From the NCBI GenBank assembly GCA_003010405.1, contig PJLO01000002.1, positions 121,882 to 185,881 of the forward strand: a stretch of 64,000 nt of DNA, read 5' to 3'. Every line of letters begins with the position of its first letter. The stretch's first letter is position 1. Origin of the DNA: Acidobacteriota bacterium. Its GTDB lineage: Bacteria > Acidobacteriota > Terriglobia > Terriglobales > Acidobacteriaceae. Made by a program: the position numbers and the translations under genes. The notes under the pieces are model-generated. The model worked only from the letters and a program-made list of their open reading frames with translations, was not told the origin of the DNA and made no database searches. Below, in pieces: positions 36,358-45,608 of this stretch.

Positions 36358-36924
36358 ATGTCCGAGCGCCTCAAAGGTTTCCGCGTGGCCATTCTGGCCA
36401 CTGATCTTTTTGAAGAATCTGAGCTTCTTGAGCCCCGCAAAGCGCTTGATGAAGCTGGAGCTACGACCGTCTTGATTGCCCCACACCCCGGCGAAATCCA
36501 GGCTGTTAAGCACGATAAGCCAACGGTTAAAGTCAAAGTGGATCAGACGCTCGCTGACGCCGATCCGGACAAATTTGACGCGCTTTTGCTCCCCGGGGGA
36601 GAGAAGAATGCTGACTCTCTCCGAAAAGAGCCCTTGGCGCAAGATTTTGCCCGACGCATCGATCAGACTCGTCGTCCTGTTGCATTCATCTGCCACGGCG
36701 GATGGCTGCTGGTCTCCGCGCGCCTGGTTAAGGGACGGCACCTGACAAGCTATCAAACTATTCAGGAAGATTTTCGTAATGCTGGGGCTTTCTGGAAAGA
36801 CAATGAGGTGGTGCTCGACGGTAATTGGGTCTCCAGTCGCCAGCCATCGGATATTCCGCGCTTCAACCAGGAAATGTTGAGTCTGTTCATGGATTGCTTA
36901 GCTCGCTCGCGCAAGATAGCCTAA
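36358..36924 (+). CDS. DJ-1/PfpI-family protein (type 1 glutamine amidotransferase-like)
   Basis: FDALLLPGG ... AFICHGGWLL nucleophile-elbow Cys and VSSRQPSDIPRF. GGAGGAG RBS. Confidence 0.85.
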   Translation: MSERLKGFRVAILATDLFEESELLEPRKALDEAGATTVLIAPHPGEIQAVKHDKPTVKVKVDQTLADADPDKFDALLLPGGEKNADSLRKEPLAQDFARRIDQTRRPVAFICHGGWLLVSARLVKGRHLTSYQTIQEDFRNAGAFWKDNEVVLDGNWVSSRQPSDIPRFNQEMLSLFMDCLARSRKIA

Positions 36925-37031
36925 TCTTTGCTTCAAGACGGGAGGTGCTTTGGGCACTTCCCGTCGGCATTTAACCCGCCCGAAACCTTCGGCGCGGAGC
37001 TCCAACGATCTGGTACCATTAGATCTGACCG

Positions 37032-37577
37032 ATGCCTTCGACAGTTCCTATCTTTACCCTGCGCGATTATGAGAAGCGTGATTTTCCCGCGCTGTTTGCA
37101 CTGGATCGTCTCTGCTTCGAGCCGGGAATTGCTTATAGCCGCCCCGAACTTGCCAGTTTTATCGAGCAGCGCCGTTCTTATACGATTGTGGCCGAATGGA
37201 ACGCTCCACCAGATGAAGCGGATGAGGAAACTGGCAGTGGAGTGAAGCCCGTTCTGAAGCCGAAGGTCCAACCAGGTCCATCGCGCCCCCTTATTGCCGG
37301 ATTCGTGACCTTTCATTACCAGCGCGAGGGATACGGTCACATCATCACCATCGATGTGCATCCCGATGCTCGTCGTCACCGCCTCGGCACCATGCTGATC
37401 GATGCGATGTCTGAGAAGCTGCGCAAGATGACCGCATTCATGGTGGTGTTGGAAGTGGCAGTTAACAACCACTCGGCATTAGCTTTTTACGATAAACACG
37501 GTTTTAAGCGAATCAAAGTTTTGCCGCGTTATTACAATCGCAAAATAGACGCCATCTTCATGACAAAACGTCTTTAG
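37032..37577 (+). CDS. GNAT-family N-acetyltransferase (RimI-like) with an internal insertion
   Basis: ITIDVHPDARRHRLGTMLI (acetyl-CoA Q/RxxGxG/A-type motif) and ALAFYDKHGF. A ~35-aa acidic/proline-rich insert follows the first beta strands. Confidence 0.75.
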   Translation: MPSTVPIFTLRDYEKRDFPALFALDRLCFEPGIAYSRPELASFIEQRRSYTIVAEWNAPPDEADEETGSGVKPVLKPKVQPGPSRPLIAGFVTFHYQREGYGHIITIDVHPDARRHRLGTMLIDAMSEKLRKMTAFMVVLEVAVNNHSALAFYDKHGFKRIKVLPRYYNRKIDAIFMTKRL

Positions 37578-37690
37578 CAGTTAGAGCTTTACAGCGGATC
37601 TGCTGAGTCCACTATGTGCCGGGCCTTGCGAGAGTGGGTTGACGCGCGCAAATAAAGCTGGGCTGCGATGTGATGTGGCAAGCCGTTAGC

Positions 37691-37966
37691 TTACTCTTCT
37701 GTACCTGCGCAAAAGAGTCCGGTCTTGCAGTAGAACGCGAAAAGATCTTTCAAACCCGTCGCATAAGCCTGTTCCATCTCTACCGGGATGTCGTTACCCG
37801 CCTCCCGAACCGCCTTGACCAAAGTATCTCCAAGGTCCGGCGAATCTGGACGCAAGCCACCCGTTGAGCGGAAATAATCGAAAATTCCCTTGATACCTTT
37901 GAGGCTGACAAGTTCGCCATTAATTTTGGCGTATATGTATCCCTGTGGCCCACCGCAACATCCCAT
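37691..37966 (-). CDS. Small (91 aa) cysteine-motif protein, unknown family (paralog A)
   Basis: ORF 37691..38134 trimmed to MGCCGGPQGY... The ATG is preceded by a perfect AGGAGG, and the predicted promoter lies inside the longer ORF version. Cys3, Cys4, Cys80 and Cys86 (CX5C) are conserved with paralog B. Confidence 0.65.
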   Translation of the reverse strand: MGCCGGPQGYIYAKINGELVSLKGIKGIFDYFRSTGGLRPDSPDLGDTLVKAVREAGNDIPVEMEQAYATGLKDLFAFYCKTGLFCAGTEE

Positions 37967-38003
37967 CGGAGTCCTCCTAGAGCTTATATTGCCGCACGCC
38001 CGG

Positions 38004-38032
38004 ATGCTATTTGTAGTAGTCTCGATTGTCAA
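38004..38032 (-). promoter_or_regulatory. Sigma-70-type promoter of paralog A
   Basis: The minus strand reads TTGACA-17 nt-TAGCAT. The same architecture and flanking sequence (CCGTTGACAATCG...ACTACAA) recur upstream of paralog B. Confidence 0.6.
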
Positions 38033-38210
38033 CGGCAGAAGTGCGTCCTCGGCTCCCCACAGCCGACAGGCTCCGCTTGAGAATTCCGTTTTCAGGGCGC
38101 GAACTGTGGTTGTGTCACGACAAAGCGCGAACACTGTGTTGGCGTATCAATGGCGTCATACTCAGCCCAGCAAACCTTGCGCGAGACGATTGGCGGAGAT
38201 GCAGGCCTCT

Positions 38211-38249
38211 GAAAAAACAAACGCGGGTTAGAAAACTAACACCGCGTTC
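38211..38249 (-). terminator. Rho-independent terminator after paralog B
   Basis: On the minus strand: ACGCGGTGTTAG-TTTT-CTAACCCGCGT, followed by TTGTTTTTTC. Confidence 0.75.
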
Positions 38250-38283
38250 CGAACTTTTTCGCGACTGCTACAAGGTTGTAGCC

Positions 38284-38559
38284 CTAAACGGCTGAATATT
38301 GGCAGAGCTGTCCACTCTCGCAGTAGCGCATGAACACCTCAATCAAGACCGTCGCATAGTCCTGTTCGAGCTCAGCAGGAATATCATTACCTGCCTGCCG
38401 AACAGCCTCCACCAAGGTACTTCCGAGGTTCGGCGAGGTTGGACGCAGGCCGCGCCTTGCGCGTAGAGATTCAAAAGTATGCGCTAAACCCTTGAGAATG
38501 ACAATTTCGTTGTTAATTCTAGCGAAAAGATGCGCGCCCGGTCCGCTGCAGCACCCCAT
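38284..38559 (-). CDS. Small (91 aa) cysteine-motif protein, unknown family (paralog B)
   Basis: ORF 38284..38634 trimmed to MGCCSGPGAH... after AGGAGGG. By my hand alignment 48 of 91 residues are identical to paralog A with no gaps. Confidence 0.65.
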   Translation of the reverse strand: MGCCSGPGAHLFARINNEIVILKGLAHTFESLRARRGLRPTSPNLGSTLVEAVRQAGNDIPAELEQDYATVLIEVFMRYCESGQLCQYSAV

Positions 38560-38605
38560 ATGAGCCCTCCTGAGCGTTATCCTGTAGACATCGCTGAGTA
38601 CCAAG

Positions 38606-38634
38606 ATGTTAGTTGTAGTAACCGCGATTGTCAA
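38606..38634 (-). promoter_or_regulatory. Sigma-70-type promoter of paralog B
   Basis: The minus strand reads TTGACA-17 nt-TAACAT. Upstream similarity to the paralog A promoter extends to about -70 (shared CAGCCGAC block on the plus strand). Confidence 0.6.
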
Positions 38635-38720
38635 CGGGAGAGATACGTCTTTGATTCCACTCAGCCGACGTCTCGCGTCATCAGGATTCTGGTCTTTTTA
38701 TGGAATTCCTAGCGGCCCCA

Positions 38721-39647
38721 TCAGGCCTTCCGTTGGCTTGCGTCCGGCCTTTGATGTCCTTCAATTGCCAAACGAACGCTCCCCCGCGCGCGTCCGAGCC
38801 GCCGAATGGCGTGCGATTTAGAGACCCTCGCGCATAGCATCACGAGAGCAACGGAAACCTTCATGTCTGCGGTTTCCAAGGTGCTCAGAGCAAGAGCCCG
38901 ATCCACTTTGGCGACTTGTTGAATAACGGAAATTCCGCGCTCAATCAGTTTTTTGTTTGTGAGAGGAAGATTGGACATCAGGTTGTCGTAAATATAGCCA
39001 AGCCGAGCCAATGCGCCGGTCGTCAGCATGTTGCAGATAAGCTTTTCCGCTGTGCCGGCCTTCAGGCGAGTCGATCCGGTGAGCACTTCCGGTCCGACGC
39101 TGGCTTCAATTGCAATTTGGGCGACGCTCGCCAGTTCCGACTCTGCATTGCAAGTGACTGCGATGGTGGCTGCGCCCTTTTTCGCAGCGTATTTCAGTGC
39201 CGCAATCGTGTAAGGCGTGCGTCCGCTGGCGGATAGAGCTGCCACGATATCTTTCCTGCCGGGCTTGCGGGCGGCCATGTCGCTGATTCCCAGTTCCTCG
39301 GAATCTTCGCTTGATTCGGTTGCCCGTGCCAAGGCGCTTTCACCCCCGGCAATCACAAACTGGATCATCGATGGATCGGTGCCAAACGTTGGCGGACACT
39401 CGGCAGCATCCATCGCCCCGATGCGTCCACTGGTTCCGGCGCCAACGTAGATGAGGCGTCCCCCTTGTGCAAGGTGATCGCGGATCAAGTCAATTGCCAT
39501 TGCAATCTGCGGCAGCGTCTTGCGGACCGCTCGCAAAACGCTGGCATCCTGCCGATTCATCAGCGTTGCAATTTCGAGCGCACTGAGCCTGTCTAGATCG
39601 GCGGAGACGCTGTTCTGTTGCTCCGTCTTAAGAACACCAGTCCGCAT
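38721..39647 (-). CDS. murQ: N-acetylmuramic acid 6-phosphate etherase
   Basis: SIS-domain pattern GGRLIYVGAGTSGRIG..DA.ECPPTFG and a C-terminal UBA-like tail, typical of MurQ. Confidence 0.85.
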   Translation of the reverse strand: MRTGVLKTEQQNSVSADLDRLSALEIATLMNRQDASVLRAVRKTLPQIAMAIDLIRDHLAQGGRLIYVGAGTSGRIGAMDAAECPPTFGTDPSMIQFVIAGGESALARATESSEDSEELGISDMAARKPGRKDIVAALSASGRTPYTIAALKYAAKKGAATIAVTCNAESELASVAQIAIEASVGPEVLTGSTRLKAGTAEKLICNMLTTGALARLGYIYDNLMSNLPLTNKKLIERGISVIQQVAKVDRALALSTLETADMKVSVALVMLCARVSKSHAIRRLGRARGSVRLAIEGHQRPDASQRKA

Positions 39648-39655
39648 TTCTTCCC

Positions 39656-41146
39656 CTACTCCGCGTCTGTAGCTATGAGTTCAGGCGAAGCGCTCCTGAG
39701 CAGAAAATAGCTTGCGCCATAGCCAATCACAAACGTAATGATGCTCCCCACGGCGACATACCACGTAAACGGAATCTTCGTGAATCTCCACAGGTATAGA
39801 TTCAGCAGAAAGCCGCACAGCATTCCAGCCATAGCTCCTTCCTCGGATGCCTTCTGCGTCAGGACTCCCAGCAGGAAGACCCCGAGGAGCGATCCATAGG
39901 CGACCGATGCGATGGACAGGCCGACTTCAAGCACCTTGCCTCCGCTGCGAGCCAGGATCGCCAGACCAAACAGTGCCACGCCCCACCCCAGCGTTGCCAT
40001 CCGTGATAGAAACACCCGGTGCTGCTCGCTCGCATTCGGATTCACTCTCGAATAGAAGTCCACGATTGTCGTCGAGGATAGAGAGTTGAGTGCCGCGCTC
40101 AGGTTGGCCATCGCTGCTGCAAGAATTGCCGAGATCAGCAGCCCACTGATTCCGTGTGGCATGCGAGTGACCACGAAGGTAGGGAAAATAGTGTCCGCTC
40201 TTGTGAAAGCAACCGCCGGCGGAAACAACTTGTAGAACGCGTAGAGCATGGCGCCGATAAGCAGGAACAACGAAAACTGGAAGATCACAATGATGCCACT
40301 GGCCAGCAGCGCGATTTTAGACTGCCGTTCGCTTCTGGCGGCAAGCAACCGTTGAACAATTAGCTGGTCCGTGCCGTGGCTGGCCGTGGTCAGGAACGTG
40401 CCTCCGATCAATCCGGACCAGAACGTATAGGTCGCATAGAAGTTCCACGAGAAGTCGAAGACGCGGAACTTCCCGGCCTCCGAAGCCAGGGCGTGGACGG
40501 TATGCCAGCCGCCCGGAACACCATGCAAGATAGTGAAGAGGCCAACCAGTGTTCCTGCAACGTAAACCGACAGCTGCACAACGTCAGTCCAGATGACAGC
40601 GGCCATGCCGCCCTCAAACGTATAGATCAATGTGAGCACGCTGACAATCGTAATGGCCGCGACGTCACGGCCGAAGTCGCTGAATCCGCCAAGCAGGTTG
40701 GAGAGCGCAACGCCGACAACAATGGCCACGGCGAAGACTCGAACCCCTTCGGCAGCAGCCCGCGTGATCAGGAACAGTCCCGCGGTCAGCGATCGCAATT
40801 TCTGTCCGAAGCGACGCTCAATCAGTTGATACGCGGTGACGAGGTCGCCACGGAAGTAATGCGGGATCAGGAGAAGACTGATGATTACGCGCCCGACCAG
40901 ATAACCGATCACAAGCTGTAGAAATCGGAAGTCCTTCTCATATGCCAGTCCGGGCACGCTGATGATGGTGAGCGTACTGGTTTCCGCCGCGACGATGGAC
41001 AGGGAAATGGCCCACCATGGAATCGTTCTTTCGGCAAGAAAGTAGCCATTGAGTGTGCTCTGCCGCTTGCGGAAGCGCATGCCGAACAGGGTAACGCAGG
41101 CCAGATACGCAACGATCACGGCAACATCCAGCACATTCAATCCCAT
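39656..41146 (-). CDS. Sodium:solute symporter (SSS) family transporter
   Basis: 496 aa with about 13 TM helices. N-terminal YFLA.R..PWWA.. pattern and GGM.AVIWTDVVQ are typical of the SSS family. Confidence 0.8.
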   Translation of the reverse strand: MGLNVLDVAVIVAYLACVTLFGMRFRKRQSTLNGYFLAERTIPWWAISLSIVAAETSTLTIISVPGLAYEKDFRFLQLVIGYLVGRVIISLLLIPHYFRGDLVTAYQLIERRFGQKLRSLTAGLFLITRAAAEGVRVFAVAIVVGVALSNLLGGFSDFGRDVAAITIVSVLTLIYTFEGGMAAVIWTDVVQLSVYVAGTLVGLFTILHGVPGGWHTVHALASEAGKFRVFDFSWNFYATYTFWSGLIGGTFLTTASHGTDQLIVQRLLAARSERQSKIALLASGIIVIFQFSLFLLIGAMLYAFYKLFPPAVAFTRADTIFPTFVVTRMPHGISGLLISAILAAAMANLSAALNSLSSTTIVDFYSRVNPNASEQHRVFLSRMATLGWGVALFGLAILARSGGKVLEVGLSIASVAYGSLLGVFLLGVLTQKASEEGAMAGMLCGFLLNLYLWRFTKIPFTWYVAVGSIITFVIGYGASYFLLRSASPELIATDAE

Positions 41147-41184
41147 CGCTATCGCTCTCCCGGCCCCGAACTAGCGTGCAGTGG

Positions 41185-43617
41185 TCAATACAAAAGATAC
41201 TTGGCCCGGATGGGCTTGAAAAGTTCTATCGCATCGACCCAGTTCATCCACACTTGTCGCGGGTCCTGTCCTGCGATGATCGCCTGCATGGATGCATCAT
41301 TGACCATCAGGCGATCCAGCTTCTTCGTCTGGAACTGCTCCGGATACAGCGAGTGGAGCGCGGACGCGATCTCAATTCCCAGCTCGGGCGCATCGAGCGC
41401 ATTTCTATCCGTAACGATGATGTTTACGCCACCGCATTTTTTCTGTGCGTAAACGTCGGTGCTGGGCGTGAACTCAGTCGGGACAAAACGCACTCCGTTG
41501 ATGGCCCTTGCATTCAAATACGCAGCCAGCTCTACCGGATGAATCCATGGAGCGCCCACGAGTTCGAAGGGCGTATCCGTTCCGCGCCCGACCGAGACAT
41601 TAGTTGTTTCGATGATGCCCACACCAGGATAGAGCGCGGCTTCCGTAAGGCTGCGCATGTTCGGAGAAGGATTGATCCAGAGAATCCCCGTTGAATCCAG
41701 CCAATCGCCGCGCTGCCATCCCTCCAGCGGAACCACAGTCAGCTCTGCATGGATGTTGTGCTCGGAATTGTAAAAGCGGGCCAGCTCGCCGATTGTCATG
41801 CCGTGACGAATCGGGACCTGTCCGTAATTAATGAAGCTTTCACGACCCTTGTCGCTTATAGGTCCTTGAACGTAGCTACCGTTGATCGGATTAGGCCGGT
41901 CGAGCACGAAGATTCGTTTTCCCGTCTTTGCTGCCGCTTCAAGAAAGTAGCCAAGCGTCGTCTCGTAGGTGTAAAAGCGCGTGCCGATGTCCTGAATGTC
42001 GTACACGACCACATCGGCGGACTTCAGAACTTCCAGCGAGGGACGGCGCTTCGCGTCGGAGTCTCCGTAAACGCTGTACACAGGAGTCCCGGTCGCTGCA
42101 TCTTTCGAATCCGAAATCGCCGTTGTATCCACGGTTCCCTTTACGCCGTGCTCAGGGCTGAAGATAGCCACGAGTTCGATGCCGCGCGCCTTGGCCAGCA
42201 TATCGATTGTGCGATTGCCCCGCGAGTCCATCCCCGTATGGTTGGTGACAATCGCGACTTTGGTTCTCTCCCGGTTCTCGCGAAGCTCGGCGAATTCGTG
42301 GCCCTCGAGTACGTCAATGCCGGTGCGCACCGACCCATTGCGCGACGTCACCAGGCGTGCTGCTGTCATTGCCTCGTTGTAGCCGGTGATACGCGCAAGC
42401 CGCAGCTTCTGGTCATCTGAAACCTTGAGCCCCAAACTTTGCGCTGCGGCTGAGGCCACGCGAGATCGCAGTGAAAGCATGGCTTGGTTGTGCCCATGCG
42501 GATGAACAGCATTCGTCAGCAGGATCACATAGGTGTTGCTCACTGGATCGATCCAGATCGAGGTCCCCGTAAAACCGGTGTGCCCAAAGGAGCCGACCGG
42601 GAAAAACTCGCCGCGAGTGCTTGAATAAGGCGAATCGATATCCCAGCCCAGCCCGCGCAGTGAGGCCGCCGTAGGAGGTTGCTGCGGCGTAGACATCTTC
42701 TCCACTGACAATTGCGAAAGAACGTGAAAGCCCGAAAGCATATCCAGCGCGTATTTCGACAGGTCATCGGCTGTAGAGAACAGTCCCGCATGGCCCGCCA
42801 CGCCACCCATTCGCAACGCGGTCGGGTCGTGTACGCTGCCGCGCATCATCTGATGATCCCCGCCATATTCGGTGGGCGCAATGCGCGGACGCCACTCGGC
42901 AGGCGGAAGAAAGCGCGTGTTTTTCATTCCGAGCGGACCGAATACATACTTTGCGCTGTATTCGTCCAGACCCATGCCGGAGACTTTCTCCACCACGAAG
43001 CCGAGCGTCACAAAGTTGATGTCGCTGTAATGAAAACGCGAGCCTGGAGGGAAGATGGGCTTTTCGTCCATCGCCATCTGATAAGCGGCGTCGCGTCCCG
43101 TCCAAGACAATTTTCGGTCGAAATCCTCTCGCAAGCCTGAGAAGTGCGTAAGCAGTTGACGGAGCGTAATGTGCTCTTTGCCGTTCCGGGCAAACTCGGG
43201 TAGGTAGGTTGCCACAGGGTCGTTGAGCCGGAGCTTTCCTTCCTGCGTCAGCTTCATGACGGACGTCGTCGTGGCAATGCACTTTGTCAGGGAAGCAAGA
43301 TCGAAGATTGTGTCCACGGTCATTGCTTCTTTGCTGGGTTCCAGCGAGCGCCAGCCAAAAGCCTTGCGATAGACCACCTTGCCGTTGTGTCCAATCAGCA
43401 CGACGCCGCCCGGAATGGCTTCGTGCAAAACCGCCGAGTTCATGATTTCATCGATGCTGGCAAGGGCACTTTCGCGATTGACTGCCGTGGAGCTGTCGCG
43501 GGGCTTCACAGCCTGAGAAAGCAATGTTCCGGAAAATGCTGCGATGAACAGAAGAACAGGCACAGCTCGAAAAATCGCAAATAGACGTTTCAATCCATTT
43601 CCCTCTGCCAGGCACAT
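41185..43617 (-). CDS. Fusion protein: beta-lactamase-fold serine hydrolase (AmiE/YbbE-like) + DUF1343 (NamZ/YbbC-like exo-muramidase) domain
   Basis: Signal peptide. The N-terminal half has the SxxK motif FDLASLTKC and HLLTHTSG-like LLTHFSGL. The C-terminal ~400 aa (VAIVTNHTG ... FSPEHG ... RFYTYETTL ... LDRPNP) matches my recollection of DUF1343. Confidence 0.7.
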   Translation of the reverse strand: MCLAEGNGLKRLFAIFRAVPVLLFIAAFSGTLLSQAVKPRDSSTAVNRESALASIDEIMNSAVLHEAIPGGVVLIGHNGKVVYRKAFGWRSLEPSKEAMTVDTIFDLASLTKCIATTTSVMKLTQEGKLRLNDPVATYLPEFARNGKEHITLRQLLTHFSGLREDFDRKLSWTGRDAAYQMAMDEKPIFPPGSRFHYSDINFVTLGFVVEKVSGMGLDEYSAKYVFGPLGMKNTRFLPPAEWRPRIAPTEYGGDHQMMRGSVHDPTALRMGGVAGHAGLFSTADDLSKYALDMLSGFHVLSQLSVEKMSTPQQPPTAASLRGLGWDIDSPYSSTRGEFFPVGSFGHTGFTGTSIWIDPVSNTYVILLTNAVHPHGHNQAMLSLRSRVASAAAQSLGLKVSDDQKLRLARITGYNEAMTAARLVTSRNGSVRTGIDVLEGHEFAELRENRERTKVAIVTNHTGMDSRGNRTIDMLAKARGIELVAIFSPEHGVKGTVDTTAISDSKDAATGTPVYSVYGDSDAKRRPSLEVLKSADVVVYDIQDIGTRFYTYETTLGYFLEAAAKTGKRIFVLDRPNPINGSYVQGPISDKGRESFINYGQVPIRHGMTIGELARFYNSEHNIHAELTVVPLEGWQRGDWLDSTGILWINPSPNMRSLTEAALYPGVGIIETTNVSVGRGTDTPFELVGAPWIHPVELAAYLNARAINGVRFVPTEFTPSTDVYAQKKCGGVNIIVTDRNALDAPELGIEIASALHSLYPEQFQTKKLDRLMVNDASMQAIIAGQDPRQVWMNWVDAIELFKPIRAKYLLY

Positions 43618-43746
43618 GCAGACATTCTATCCTCGAAAGTGGTGCATCCCACGGTTCCGAAGACCAGGTATCTCGTGATTGAGAAAAACGGACTCTTTGG
43701 TGTAACTAACGATACCGCCCACCATTATCGGTGCTATGTTTCCAAC

Positions 43747-45591
43747 ATGTGCAATAAATTGCTTGTTCTCGTAACTCTTCTTCTGCTTGCAGGCGTTGCA
43801 GCAGCAGATGACGTAGCAGCTGCCAACGATCCGGCAGCCGCCCGCTGGGCCGAAAAGACTCTGCGAAAAATGTCTCTGGAAGAAAAGGTCGGGCAGTTGT
43901 TCATGGTCTGGGCCAAGGTCGACTTCATGAACTTTGGCGGCCCCGACTACGCCAAGTTGCGCGACACAATGAAGAAGTATCACCTCGGTGGCTTTGGGAT
44001 CACCTCCCCCGCAGACAGCGGTTTGCTGCAGCGGGGAAGTCCGCTGGAAGCCGCAGCGCTGACCAATCAGTTGCAACGCGATAGCGATCTTCCCTTATTG
44101 TTTGCAGCAGACTTCGAGCGTGGCCTGCCCATGCGATTCCGTGGCGGTACGCCCTTTCCGCACGCAATGGCGGTCGGCGCAACGGGAAATTTGGAATATG
44201 CCCGCCAGTTCGGACGCATTTCCGCCGCCGAAGCGCGGGCCGTGGGCGTGCATTGGAATTTCTACCCGGATGCGGATTTGAACTCGAATCCTAACAATCC
44301 GATCATCAACGCGCGCGCTTTCGGAGAAGATCCCGCCGAAGTCAGCGCTCTGGTCAAGGCATATATCCAGGGGGTGCACGATGCCCATGCCATGGCAACA
44401 GCCAAGCATTTTCCCGGTCACGGAGACACAGATACGGATTCGCACCTGTCGGTTTCCCGCGTGAATGCCACCCGCGAGCGCTTACACCAGGTGGAGTTGG
44501 CGCCATTCCGCGCTGCCATTGCTGCGGGCGTAGATTCGGTTATGATTGGCCAGCTTGCGGTGCCGTCCATCGAATCGGATTCGGCCCGTGTCGCCACGAT
44601 CTCTTACAACGTGACTACCAGACTGCTGAAAGATGAGCTGGGATTCCGTGGCATCGTAATTACCGACGCAATGGATATGAATGGCGTAACCCGCATCTTC
44701 GGAGGCAACACGCCGCAGAGCGCGGGGCTTGCGGCTGTGGGGGCATTGAAGGCCGGAGCAGATTATGTCTTGATCCCCGGAAACCTGGATGGAGCCTACA
44801 ATGGGGTGCTGCAAGCGGTCAGGAATGGAGAGATTTCCGAAAGCCGAATCGACGAATCCGTTATCAAGATACTGCGTGCGAAAGCCGCATTGGGCCTGTA
44901 TAAGAATCGCTTCGTGGATCTGAACGCAGTCACCAGCGATGTAAGTCGCCCGGAGAACGTGGCCGTGGCGCAGAAGATCGCCGACGAGGCGGTCACCTTG
45001 GTACGCGACAATCGCAAGGTTCTGCCGCTGGCCAGAAGTGCGCCCGTGGCATCGCAGTTCGTCTATCATGGCCCCGTTGCGGCTGGTAATAAGTTGCTGG
45101 TGCTCGTCTTCACCAACGATATGCGCGGTGACAATGGGCGCGCTCTGGTGCGCGAAGTTCGCATGCGGGTGCCGGATGCAAGAATTATCTACGTCGACGA
45201 TCTCCTTGCTCCGTTCCTGAGCTCGTACGTGCTTGAATCGGCGGTGAACGCCGAGCACATAATTGCTGCCGTCTATGCAATTCCATCGGCGGGCCGGAAC
45301 GTGTTTCCGGATAACGGTTCGCCAGCGGTCGAACACGGACTTGCATCGGTACTGAGAAATGTAGTCAAGGCCGCGAACGATAAGACCGTGTTTCTCGCCA
45401 TGGGAAGCCCATACACAATCGCGCAATACCCCACGATCCAGAACTATGTGTGCACGTACTCCAATGTGCCGGTCTCTGACTTAAGCGCTGTAAAGTTTAT
45501 CTTCGGTGAAATGCCTGCACGCGGTCACCTTCCGGTGACAATCCCCGGGATTGCAAATCGGATCCCTCCGCAGCAGTCGGCTCAACATTAG
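43747..45591 (+). CDS. nagZ: Secreted GH3 beta-N-acetylhexosaminidase (two-domain NagZ/YbbD type)
   Basis: ORF 43639..45591 trimmed to MCNKLLVLVTLLLLAGVAAA signal peptide. Motifs LEEKVGQLFMV, KHFPGHGDTDTDSH and ITDAMDM. Confidence 0.85.
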   Translation: MCNKLLVLVTLLLLAGVAAADDVAAANDPAAARWAEKTLRKMSLEEKVGQLFMVWAKVDFMNFGGPDYAKLRDTMKKYHLGGFGITSPADSGLLQRGSPLEAAALTNQLQRDSDLPLLFAADFERGLPMRFRGGTPFPHAMAVGATGNLEYARQFGRISAAEARAVGVHWNFYPDADLNSNPNNPIINARAFGEDPAEVSALVKAYIQGVHDAHAMATAKHFPGHGDTDTDSHLSVSRVNATRERLHQVELAPFRAAIAAGVDSVMIGQLAVPSIESDSARVATISYNVTTRLLKDELGFRGIVITDAMDMNGVTRIFGGNTPQSAGLAAVGALKAGADYVLIPGNLDGAYNGVLQAVRNGEISESRIDESVIKILRAKAALGLYKNRFVDLNAVTSDVSRPENVAVAQKIADEAVTLVRDNRKVLPLARSAPVASQFVYHGPVAAGNKLLVLVFTNDMRGDNGRALVREVRMRVPDARIIYVDDLLAPFLSSYVLESAVNAEHIIAAVYAIPSAGRNVFPDNGSPAVEHGLASVLRNVVKAANDKTVFLAMGSPYTIAQYPTIQNYVCTYSNVPVSDLSAVKFIFGEMPARGHLPVTIPGIANRIPPQQSAQH

Positions 45592-45608
45592 ACTAAAGAG
45601 GGAATTGC

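Noticed and set aside
37967-38134. Longer versions of the two small Cys-protein ORFs (147 aa and 116 aa as listed in the track)
   Set aside because: The duplicated TTGACA-17-TAnCAT promoters and perfect SD sequences lie inside the extensions. The two extensions share no protein similarity, whereas the 91-aa cores align without gaps.
37691-38559. Idea that the two 91-aa Cys proteins are RiPP precursors (Nif11-like leader + Cys-containing core) or lipidated N-terminal Cys proteins
   Set aside because: No cyclodehydratase, lanthionine synthetase, dedicated radical-SAM maturase, peptidase-exporter or GG cleavage motif is nearby (RlmN is a housekeeping methyltransferase). There is no signal peptide or lipobox. 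Conservation runs across the whole length, not only a leader. I kept them as an unknown-family finding instead.
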